A model generated the notes under the pieces. That model searched no databases, was not told the origin of the DNA, and saw only the letters and a program-made list of their open reading frames with translations. The position numbers and the translations under genes are program-made. A stretch of DNA of 62,602 bases, counting the filler, from Chiloscyllium plagiosum (taxonomy: Eukaryota): assembly GCF_004010195.1 (NCBI RefSeq). It is 5 parts of one record of this genome, joined end to end, with 100 filler letters (N's around TTAATTAATTAA, not from the genome) between each part and the next. Parts side by side here need not be neighbours in the genome. Positions count along the whole stretch, not along the records: positions 1 to 17,810 come from NC_057717.1; 4 more parts are not named here. The stretch is one strand, 5' to 3'. Positions 1-11,046 of this stretch are shown here, one piece after another. Each line of letters starts with the position of its first letter. Within the stretch, counting starts at the first letter, position 1.

Positions 1-185
1 TCCCTTCAGAACACCATTGGTCACCGTGCTCCAAGCTGAAAACTATCCATTTAATCTCACCCTGTCTTCTATGGGTCAGCCAATTTATTATCTAACCAGG
101 CGGGTTTCCCTATATCCCATGCCTCATTACTTTCTAAATGAGCCTACCATGGGGAACCATATCAAATACCTTGCTAAAGTCCTTA
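1..185 (-). mobile_element. CR1/HER1 LINE reverse transcriptase fragment (degenerate)
   Basis: Reverse complement of 140-182 reads DFSKVFDMVPHGRL, matching the CR1 RT motif DFSKAFDKVPHxRL. Confidence 0.75.
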
Positions 186-199
186 TACACCAAGTCCTT

Positions 200-390
200 A
201 TGCCCCTCCCCCAAGTCCCTCCTCCCTATCTTTTATCTTAGCCTGCTGCACAAACTTTCCTCATTCCTGAAGAAGGGCTAATGCCCGAAACGTCGATTCT
301 CCTGTTCCCTAGATGCTGCCTGACCTGCTGCGCTTCTCCAGCAACACATTTCCATCTCTGATCTCCAGCATCTGCAGACCTCATTTTCTC
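200..390 (+). mobile_element. Penelope-like element 3' terminus (pLTR) with hammerhead motif
   Basis: Pyrimidine-rich stretch, then cctgaagaagggctaatgcccgaaacgtcgattctcctg...gatgctgcctgacctgctg...ctccagcatctgcag. The same terminus follows a GIY-YIG fragment at 57900-58040. Confidence 0.75.
263..298 (+). ncRNA. Minimal type I hammerhead ribozyme motif
   Basis: CTGAAGA (267-273), extra A, stem II GGGC/TAAT/GCCC, then GAAACGTC (287-294) with palindromic ACGT stem III and GUC cleavage triplet. Stem I is short (attc/gatt). Confidence 0.7.
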
Positions 391-929
391 TTCGTGGATT
401 TATTATAATCAGGTTACTATTACTGAATTGCAAAAAACACTTTGTATTGTTAAACAAATGCAAGATATTTGTCTCAACTGTCGGATATTGAGTGTACGTG
501 CTGTGCTATCGAAATTAACTATGAACGTCTTTAATTGCTATTATCTGTAGTCTGCAGTATGAGGGAAAGAAATCCTGCAGACACTCTCTGCCCCAATGAA
601 GGGTCTCAAATGCATATTTATTACTGAACACCAGAGGCGCAGGACGAGCTTAATTTCTGGTCCCAAAACACTGATCACTATTACCCAACTCTCAAGTGTG
701 GCTGCCCTCTTCCAAAAACCATGAAATGACACCAGGCCGCTGAATACAGTCCAGCCTCTCCTCCCCACTGACTGTGTCTGCAATCTGTCCCTCCTCCCCC
801 TAACCACATAAGGCAAACCAAGCTCAGTTTCTTTGTGGAAATCAAGGCCAGAGTATGCAGGCCTCCTGGAGAGGGATGGGCATTTTAAAATTGAACGGGG
901 AGGGTGATGAGGCAGTAATATCATACACT

Positions 930-1775
930 GGGCTGAGGGGTGGCAGATGGAGTTTAGTTTGGATTAATGTGAGGTATTGGATTTGGTAAATCAAACAAGA
1001 GTAGGATCTATACAATTAAACGTAGGGCCTTTGGCAGTGTTGTAGAACTGAGACCAAGGCCGTCAGGTATAATTCTTTAAAATTTGCATCTCATATGGAC
1101 AGTTTGGTTAAGAAGGTGTTTAATACACGTCTTCATCGGTCAGATCTTTGAGTATTGGAATTGGGACTTCATGTTGTGGTTGTACAGGACATTAGTGAGA
1201 CCTCTTCTGGAATACTGGGTCCAGTCTGGTCATCCTGCCCGCTTATTCCATAGGCACACCACCCTCTGGGTGAAAAAACTGCCGCTTAGGTCACTTTTAA
1301 ATGTTCCCCTCTCACATTAAGCCTACCTCCTCTAGTTGTGGACTCCCCATACCCTTAGAAAATACCTTCACTATTCACTTTGATATTATTGACCTTGATA
1401 TTATTAAGCTAGAGAGGGTTCAGAAGAGATTAACCTGGATGTTGCCGGGAATGGAGGGAATGAGCGAGAAGGAGAGGCTGGGTAGTCTGGGACTTTTTTC
1501 ACTGGAGAGTATGAGATTAAGGGGTAACTTTACAGAGGTTTATAAAATAATGAGGGGTACAGATAAGCTGAAGGACTGATGTCTTTTCCAGAGAGTTGGG
1601 GATTCGAACCTGAGGGATATTTTAAGGTGCGAGGAAAAAAGATTTACAAAAGTCATGAGAGGTAAATATTTTAGACAGAATCTGGCTTGTGAGTGGAATG
1701 AACTTCCTGAGGAAGTGGTGAAAGCAGAGACAGCTACACCGTTTAAAGAACATTTTTATCATTACACGGATAAGA
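930..1775 (+). mobile_element. CR1 LINE ORF2 3' fragment with an internal inverted CR1 piece at about 1236-1380
   Basis: ORF-track peptides LYRTLVRPLLEYWVQ and IKLERVQKRLTWMLPGMEG...LGLFSLE...RLRG...EVYKIMRG are CR1 C-terminal motifs. Confidence 0.85.
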
Positions 1776-2499
1776 CATCAGTTTGGATTGTGCTGTGAGC
1801 AGCTGCCCTCTCTCTCCCCCTCTCTGAATGTATCCCTGTTGGTTTTCACCCTCTGCCAATGTGTGTGCAATGGCGTGGGGAGGCCGGTAGAGGGTGGCAT
1901 TGCATCACTTAAAGCACCACAGAGACTGCCAGACCTCCCCCACACAGAGACACACAGATACACACATGGGAATGGTTAGGAGACGGCGTGAAGCTCATCT
2001 GGTAACTTAAATGAAACATAAAGAAATGCTCAATTTGCCTCGTAAACTGCTAAAATATGAGGGACAGACCTGCCAAATTCCATTGTTTAAATAAAAAACA
2101 TTAATTTATTTTCACTCTGAAAGTGAACATTTTACATTAACTATTCACAACTCTGGGACCCCCTTTCTCTTAAATGCTAATTACCCGACTCCAGCTCTAT
2201 AGCAATATGCTGTTTCTGGGTCTGCCATCCTCTCATGCCACAGGTACTTGGACGCTGTCACTTCAGAACAGCATTCACCCTCTCTTGAAGGTACAGTACA
2301 CACTTTCAACTTCGTCACATTTTACCCTGATGAATATAGATAAGTGGAACCTATCCAGATTTCACTTGCTCTGCGGTTTGTCAATATTTCATCTCCTCTG
2401 TCTCGTATGTATCAGGATTTTTGTTGCTCCATTGGCAGCATGTCATTATTCGACTCTGTCCATGAGAATATAGCAGTATTTCACTTGCTCACACTCGTG

Positions 2500-2790
2500 T
2501 GTGACTGTGACGCTATGACAATCTCAATGTTTGGAGGTTGCACCAAACCTGGAAGAACTCTAAAGTCTATAAGGACAGTGTGGAACTCTAACAGGACAAT
2601 CACACATTGGTGTAAGGTTCAGTTTTATGGCAGATGGGGATCAGTGCAGAGTAGTGTGAGGTGATGCACTTTGGTAGGAAAGACAATGAAAGACAGTTTA
2701 AAACAGGCTGTGCAATTATAAAGGGGCTGCATGAACAGAGAGCTCTGCGTTGTTGAAGATGTCAGGACAAGTGGGGAGAACAGTAACTAT
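2500..2790 (+). mobile_element. Old CR1-like RT fragment
   Basis: Decayed FADDTKLG-like segment (atgtttggaggttgcaccaaacctgga) and tgtgaggtgatgcactttggtaggaa (CEVMHFGR). Confidence 0.5.
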
Positions 2791-3373
2791 CACAGATTAG
2801 TTTCAGTATCTGAGCTGTTTACAGGAGGAGGTGTAGGCGGGAGTCTCGGTGCTCCCTTCCTGGGACATGGTGGTGCTGTGAGCCCATCCTGCTGACCACC
2901 GAGTCCGTGGGGATTCCATTTGTACCAGTTCGATACCAATGGGAGATGGCATCAGGGCCACGGCTTCTAAGTTGTCCCGGGGTGGGGAACGGAGCTGCCA
3001 GTGGGTTTAAAGTGAGAATTGTCCTTCACTGAACATTGCTCCCTACTCGGTCGGTGGGACATGGATGTTTCAGAATCTCCACACGAGGCGTCCCGGTCCT
3101 CTCCGGCTCCTACCAGGGTCCTCCCCACGTGGCGGGGGGAGGGGGATGAGGGAACGTGTATCGGGCACTCCACCATCTGGCTTGGCCCTTTCTGTCATAT
3201 TCCAGGCTGTTTCTCCTGGAATGGGAGGAAGGGAGGGAGGAGTTGAGGGTGGGAATGGGTGGCCCTGCTGTTAGCGCTGGTGTAGGTGGGGGACAGGGTC
3301 ATGGTGAGGGGTCCGCAGTGTTGTCTCCAGGCAGTGTTATTAGTGTAGGAGAGTGGGGTAAAGTGGAGGGAGG

Positions 3374-3412
3374 GAGAGAGAGAGAGACAGAGAGACAGAC
3401 AGACAGAGACAG
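3374..3412. repeat. (GA)n/(GACA)n microsatellite
   Basis: gagagagagagagacagagagacagacagacagagacag read directly. Confidence 0.85.
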
Positions 3413-4454
3413 AAGATGCTGCATGCAGCAGTGAGAGTTGGAGCATGAACCTTGTTCGGTGGCTGGTGCTATAACAGATATGCAGTGTGTGTGAGGGAGC
3501 AGCGAGAATACCGTGATCAATATCGTGAAAGAGCGGTGAATGTTATTGATGCTTGTCGTGTATCGTTGGACATTTCCTCAGACCGCAGATACTGCACTGA
3601 GCTGTGTGGGCAGCTCAGACCATGCTCGGTGAGTCTGGTGGTGTGGCTCCCTCTGGGAAGAGAATGATCCCGCTCTGTACTAGCCCATCCACCAGGACCT
3701 CCGTGCCCCTGTCTGCAAACCATGGTGTAATTGCCCCTTATCTGCCATGCTCGGGGTAAAATGTGCAGGGCAGCTCCAAACAGAGAAAGTTCAACTGGGT
3801 GCCCATTGGCCTTTTAAAGATGGCACCAGTGTCAGGGATCACAGAATATCCAGGGGCACCCGGGCGATGGTGAGTCCCTCCAGCCACGATGGTTGGGAGA
3901 ATCGGGCTGCCATTGAATGAGGGCGACACCATGGGATGCGGTGGGTAGTTAATGAGGTGAGTTGGATAAGATAGCACCAGGAAATTAGCTCAGCCTCGTG
4001 CGGACAATCCCTCTGTCATACTCAATGAGAATCTGCCCAATGAGTCATAGATTCTGTTGAAACTAATTCCAGTTACAAAGACGCAGAACAAATGCTCATC
4101 TAACTTCACAACAGTATCCCTTTTCCCATCTTTCCTGGAAAATCAGGCTCATATTACAGGATGATATCGAAGTATCTACATTTCAGCATTCTGCAACCTG
4201 GGAACACATCCTTCCACGACATTGTCTCTCAGTCTCCACCTCTCTGTCGTACCTCAAACCCATCCCATGTGGTGATATTTAAACTGATTCGCCCGCCATC
4301 TTTCTCTGGCCGTGATGTTCACACCCACAGCACCTCCTTATCTTGGCACAATGGAGATTATGGAGCTGGAAATGGATGGGAGCTGCATATCCTGCCACTT
4401 CCAGCATGGGCTGCTCGTTTCCCCGCGCTGGGCAGTGATTTAACACAGTGTGAC

Positions 4455-4915
4455 TGAGCAATGCAGTGGGATGGTGTGCACAGTCCTACATGCTGGGAGG
4501 GTAACTGCTCTGGTTTACAGATCAATGCACTTAGATGGTGTACACAGATCTACATGCTGAGAGGGTAATTACTCCTGGTTTACAGATCAATGCTCTGGGG
4601 TGGTGTACACAGTCCAACATACTGGGAGGGTAACTGCTCCTGGTTTACAGATCAATGCACTGGGATGGTGTACACAGTCCTCCAAGCTGGGAGGGAAACT
4701 GCTCCTGGTTTACAGATCAAAGCTCTGAGGTGCTGTACACAGCTCTACATGCTGGGAGGGTAACTACTCCTGGTTTACAGATCAATGCACAGGGGTGGAG
4801 TACACAGTCCTAAATGCTGGGAGAGTAACTGCTCCTGGTTTACAGATCAATGCACTGGATGGTGTACACAGTCCTCCAAGCTGGGAGGGTAACTGCTCCT
4901 GGTTTACACAGCAAT
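4455..4915. repeat. 65-bp satellite, type A (about 7 units)
   Basis: GGTTTACA recurs at 4512, 4577, 4642, 4707, 4772, 4837 and 4901. Consensus ggtttacagatcaatgcactgggatggtgtacacagtcctacatgctgggagggtaactgctcct. Confidence 0.95.
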
Positions 4916-7900
4916 GCACTGCTGTGAACTGCACAGCTCTCCGTGCTGAACAGATATCTAGACCGTGTTTATAGATCAATGCACCGCTGTGGTCTGCACA
5001 GCTCCCCGTGCTGGACAGATATCTAATCCGGGTTTATTGATTAATGCACTGCATTGATCTGCGCTTCTCCCGGTGCTGGACAGATATCTAGTCTGAATGT
5101 ATGGATCAATTCACTGCTGTGGTCTGCACAGCTCCCCGTGCTGGACAGATATCTGGTCTGGGTTTATAGATCAATGCACTGCTGTGGACTGCACAGCTCT
5201 CCGTGCTGGACAGATGTCTAATCCGGGTTTATAGATCAATGCACTGCTGTGGTCTGCACGTTTCCCGGTGCTGGACAGATATCTAGTCCGGGTTTATAGA
5301 TCAATGAACTGCTGTGGTCTGCACAGCTCCCTGTGGTTGACAGATATCGAATCCGGGTTCATAGATCATTACACTGCTGTGGTCTGCACAGCCTCCCGTG
5401 ATTGACAGATATCGAGTCCGGGTTCATAGATCATTACACTGCTGTGGTCTGCACAGCTCCCCGTGCTGGACAGATATCTAATCCGGGTTTATAGATCAAT
5501 GCACTGCTGTGGTCTGCACACCTCCCCGTGTCTGGACAGATGACTAATCCGGGTTTATAGATCAAACCACTGCTGTGGTTTGCACAGCTCCCGCTGCTGC
5601 AGAGGTATTTAGTCTGGGTTAATAGATGAATGCCCAGATGTGGTTTGCACTTCTCCCGGTGCTGAACAGATATCTAGTTCGAGTTTATAGATCAATGCAC
5701 TGTGTGGTCTGCACTTCTCCCAGTGCGGGACAGATTTCTAATCCGGGTATATAAATTAATGCACTGCTATGATCTGCACAGCTCCTGGTGCTGGACAGAT
5801 ATCTAGTCCGAGTTTATAAATCATAGCCCTGCTGTAGTCTCACAGCTCTCCGTGCTGGACAGATATCTAATCCGGGTTTATAGATCAATGCACTGCTGTG
5901 CCCTGCACAACTCCCGGTGCGGCACAGGTAATTAGACTGGGTTAATAGATCAATGCCCTTCTGTGGTCTGCATTTCTCCCGGTGCTGGACAGATATCTCG
6001 TCTGGGTTTATAGATCAATGCACTGCTGTGGTCTGCAAAGCTCCTGGTCCTGGACAGACATCTAGTCCGGGTTTATAGATTAATGCACTGCTGTGATCTG
6101 TACAACTCCTGGTGCTGGACAGATATCTAGTCTGTGTTTATAGATCATTGCACTGATGTGGTCTGCACTTCTCTCGATGCTGGATTTATATCTAGTCTGT
6201 GTTTATAGATCAATGCACTGATGTGGTCTGCACAGCTCCCTGTGCTGGACAGATATCTAATCCGGGTTTATAGATCAATGCCCTGCTATGGTCTGCACCG
6301 CACCTGATGCTGGACAGATATCTAGTCTGGGTTTATAGATTAATGCACTGCTGTGGCCTGCACATCTCCCCGTGATGGACCGATATCCAGACCGGGTTTA
6401 TAGATCAATGCACTGATGTGGTCAGCACAGCTCCCCGTGCTGGACAGATATCTAGTCTGGGTTTTTAGATCAATGCAGTGATGTGGTCTGCACTTCTCTT
6501 GGTGCTGAACTTTTCTCTAATCTGGTTTTAAAGATCAATTCACTGTTATGGTCTGCACAGCCCTCGGTGCTGGTCTGATATCTAGTCCGGGTTTATAGAT
6601 CAATGCACTGCTGTCGTATGCACTTCTTCCGGATCTGCACAGGTATCTAATCGAGGTTTGTAAATCAATGCACGGCTGTGGTCTGCACAGCTCCCCTTGC
6701 TGGACAGATATATAATCCGCGTTTATAAATCAATGCACTGCTGTGGTCTGCACAGCTCCCCGTGCTGGACAGATATCTAATCCGGGATTATAGATAAATG
6801 CACTGATGCGGTCTGCAGAGCTCCCCATGCAAGACAGATATCGAATCCATGTTTATAGATCAATGCACTCCTGTGGTCTGCACTTCTCCCCGTGCTGGAC
6901 AGATATATATTCCGGGTTTATAGATCAATGCACTGCTGTGGTCTGCACAGATCCCCGTGATGGACAGTCTGGTTTTATAGATCATTGCACTGCTGTGGCC
7001 TGCACATCTCCCCGTGATGGACCGATATCTAATCCAGGATTATAGATAAATGCAGTGATGCGGTCTGCACAGCTCCCCGTGCTAGACAGATATCTAACTC
7101 GGGTTTATAGTTCAATGCACTGATGTGGTCTGCCTAGTTCCCGTGCTGGACAGATATCTCGTCTGGGTTTATTGATAAATGCACTGCTATGGTCTGCACT
7201 TCTCCCGGTGCTGGACAAATATCTAATCCGCGTTTATAGATCAATGCACTGCTGTGGTCTGCACAGCTCCCGGTGCTGGAGAGATATCTCGTCCGGGTTT
7301 ATAGGTCAATGCAGTGATGTAGTCTGCCCTTCCCACGGTGCTGGACTTATATCTCGTCTGGTTTTATAAATCAATGAACTGCTGTGGTCAGCACAGCTCC
7401 CCGTGCTGGACAGATATCTCTTCCGGGTTCATAGATCAATGCACTGATGTGGTCTGCACAGCTCCCCGTGATGGACAGATATATAATCCGGGTTTATAGA
7501 TCAATGCACTGCTGTGGCCTGCACATCTCCCCGTGATGGACCGATATCTAATCCAGGATTATAGATAAATGCAGTGATGCCGTCTGCACAGCTCCCCGTG
7601 CTGGACAGATATCTAATCCGGTTTTATAGATCAATGCACTGATGTAGTCTGCACAGCTCCTGGTGCTGGGCAGATATCTAGTCGGCTGTTAAAATCAATG
7701 CACTGCTGTGTTCTGCACAGCTCCCCGAGATGGACAGATATCTAATCCAATATTATAGATCAATGCACTGATGTGGTCTGCACAGCTCCCCATGTTGGTC
7801 AGATATCTAGTCTGGGTTTAGAGATCAATGCACTGCTGTTGTCTGCACAGTTCCCGGTTCCGGACAGATATCTAATCCAGGATGATAGATAAATGAAGTG

Positions 7901-10546
7901 ATGCGGTCTGCACAGATCCCCGTGCTGGACAGATATATATAACGCGTTTATAAATCAATGCACTGCTGTTGTATGCACAGTTCCCCGTGCTGGACAGATA
8001 TCTAATCCGGGATTATAGATAAATGCACTGATGCGGTCTGCAGAGCTCCCCATGCGAGACAGATATCGAATCCGTGTTTATAGATCAATGCACTGCTGTG
8101 GTCTGCAGAGGTCCCGGTGCTGGACAGACATCTACTCTGGGTTTATAGATCAATGCACTGCTGTGGTCTGCACAGCTCCCCGTGATGGACAGATATCTAG
8201 TCCGGGTTTATAGATCAATGCACTGGTGTGGCCTGCACATCTCCCCGTGATGGACCGATATCTAATCCAGGATTATAGATCAATGCACTGCTGTGATCTG
8301 CACAGCTCCCGGTGCTGTAGAGATATCTCGTCCGGGTTTATAGGTCAATGAACTGCTGTGCTCCTGGTGCTGGAGAGATATCTCGTCCGGGTTTATAGGT
8401 CAATGAACTGCTGTGGTCTGCCCTTCTCACGGTGCTGGAGTTAAATCTCGTCTGCGTTTATAGATCAATGAACTGTTGTGGTCAGCACAGCTCCCCGTGC
8501 TGGACAGATATCTAATCCGTGTTTATAGATCAATGCCCTGCAGTGGTCTGCACAACTCCCCGCGCTGGACAGATATCTAGTCTGTGTTTATAGATCAATG
8601 CACTGCTGTGATCTGCGCAGCAAACCGAGATGGACAGATATCTAATCCGGGATTATAGATCAATGCACTGAAGTGGTCTGCACAGCTCCCCGTGCTGGAC
8701 AGATATCTAGTCTGGGTTTATAGATCAATGAACTGCTGTGGTATGTACATCTCCTGCTTCTGGACAGATGTCAAATGCGGGTTTAAAAATCAATGCACTG
8801 CTGTGGTCTGCAAAGCTCCCCGTGCTGGACAGATATCTAATCCGGTTTATAGATCAATGCACTGCTGTGGCATGCAATTCTCCCGGTGTTGGACACATAT
8901 CTAGTTTGGGTTTATAGATCAATGCACTGATGTGTCTGCACTTCTCCCGGTGCAGTTCTTGTATCTAATCTGGGTTTATAGATCAATGCACTGCTGTGGT
9001 CTGCACTTCTCCCGTGCTGGACAGATATCTAGTCTGGGTTTATAGATCAATGCACTGCTGCAGTCTGCACTTCTTCCCGGTGCTGGACAGATATCTAATC
9101 CGGGTTTAAAAACCAATGCACTGCTGTGGTCTGCACTTCTCCCCGTGCTGGACAGATATCTAATTTGGGTTTATAGATTAATGCACTGCTGTGGTCTGCA
9201 CTTCTCCCGGTGCTCGATTTATATCGAGTCTGGGTTTATAGATCAATGAACTGCTGTGGTCTGCACAGCTCCTGGTGCTTGATTTATATCTAGTCTGGGT
9301 TTATAGATCAATGCACTGGTGTGGTCTGCACAGCTCCCGGTGCTGGACTGATATCTAATCGGGGTTTATAGAGCGATGCATTGTTCTCGTCTGCACTTCT
9401 CCCTGATCTGCACAGGTATTTAATTCCGGGTTTATAGATCTATGCCCTGCTGTGGTCTGCACATCTCCCCGTGTGGGACAGATATATAATCCGTGTTTAA
9501 AGATCAATGTCCTGCTGTGGTCTGCACAGCTCCTGGTGCTGGATAGATGTCTAGTCCGAGTTTATAGATCAATGCACTTCAGTGGCCTGCACAGCACCGC
9601 GTGATGGACAGATATCTAATCCGGGATTATAGTTAAATGCACTGATGCGGACTGCACAGCTCTCCATGCTAGACACATATCCAATCCGGGTTTACAGATC
9701 AATGCACTGCTGTGATCGGCACAGCTCCCCGTGCTGGACAGATATCTAATCCGGTTTATAGATCAATGCACTGCTGTGGCATGCAATTCTCCCGGTGCTG
9801 GACAGATATCTAGTCTGGGTTTATAGATCAATGCAGTGCTGTGGTCTGCACAGCTACCAGTGCTGGATTTATATCTAGTCTGCGTTTATAAAACAATGCA
9901 CTGCAGTCGTCTTCACTTCTCCCGGTGCTGGACTATATCTAGACTGGGTTTATAGATCAATGCACTGCTGTGGACAGCACTTCTCCCGGTGCTGGACAGA
10001 TATCTAATCCGGGTTTATAGATCAATGCCCTGTTGTGGTCTGCACATCTCCCCGTGAGGGACAGGTATATAATCCGCGTTTATAGATCAATGCCCTGCTG
10101 TGGTCTGCACAGCTCCTGGTGCTGGACAGATATCTAGTCCGGGTTTATAGATCAATGCACTTAAGTGGCCTGCACAGCTCCGCGTGATGAACAGATATCT
10201 AAACCGGGATTATAGTTAAATACACTGATGCGGTCTGCACAGCTCCCCGTACTAGACACATATCTAATCCGGGTTTACAAATCAACAAATGCTGTGGTCT
10301 GCACCTCTCCCGGTGCTGAACAGATATCTAATCGGAGTTTATAGATCAATGACCTGCTGTGGTCTGCACTTCTCCCGGTGCTGGACAGATATCCAATCCG
10401 GGTTTATAGATCAATACGCAGCTGTGGTCTGCACAGTTCCGGTTTCTGGACAGATATCAAATCCGGGTTTATAGATCAATGCACTGATGTGGTCTGCACA
10501 GCTCCCCGTGCTGGACAGATGTCTAGTCTGGGTTTATAGCTCAATG
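4916..10546. repeat. 64-65-bp satellite, type B (about 87 units, runs into a gap)
   Basis: Consensus ggtttatagatcaatgcactgctgtggtctgcacagctccccgtgctggacagatatctaatccg; period 65 (e.g. 5162 to 5227). Confidence 0.97.
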
Positions 10547-11046
10547 NNNNNNNNNNNNNNNNNNNNNNNNNNNNNNNNNNNNNNNNNNNNNNNNNNNNNN
10601 NNNNNNNNNNNNNNNNNNNNNNNNNNNNNNNNNNNNNNNNNNNNNNNNNNNNNNNNNNNNNNNNNNNNNNNNNNNNNNNNNNNNNNNNNNNNNNNNNNNN
10701 NNNNNNNNNNNNNNNNNNNNNNNNNNNNNNNNNNNNNNNNNNNNNNNNNNNNNNNNNNNNNNNNNNNNNNNNNNNNNNNNNNNNNNNNNNNNNNNNNNNN
10801 NNNNNNNNNNNNNNNNNNNNNNNNNNNNNNNNNNNNNNNNNNNNNNNNNNNNNNNNNNNNNNNNNNNNNNNNNNNNNNNNNNNNNNNNNNNNNNNNNNNN
10901 NNNNNNNNNNNNNNNNNNNNNNNNNNNNNNNNNNNNNNNNNNNNNNNNNNNNNNNNNNNNNNNNNNNNNNNNNNNNNNNNNNNNNNNNNNNNNNNNNNNN
11001 NNNNNNNNNNNNNNNNNNNNNNNNNNNNNNNNNNNNNNNNNNNNNN
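10547..11046. other. Assembly gap (500 N)
   Basis: N run between the two tandem arrays. Confidence 0.99.

Noticed and set aside
2826..3330. GC-rich segment, possibly a retroelement fragment or promoter
   Set aside because: I found no recognisable protein or terminal motif, so it is left unassigned.
4455..10546. CRISPR-like array or Cys/His-rich coding repeat
   Set aside because: There are no unique spacers, as the whole unit repeats. The 65-nt period is not a multiple of 3 and every frame meets the TTA TAG stop within three units. The context is eukaryotic.
4916..10546. V(D)J recombination signal-like motifs (GGTTTATAG...CTGTG; CACAGCT)
   Set aside because: Nonamer and heptamer matches are poor, the spacing is 10 rather than 12 or 23, and no Ig/TCR segments are nearby.
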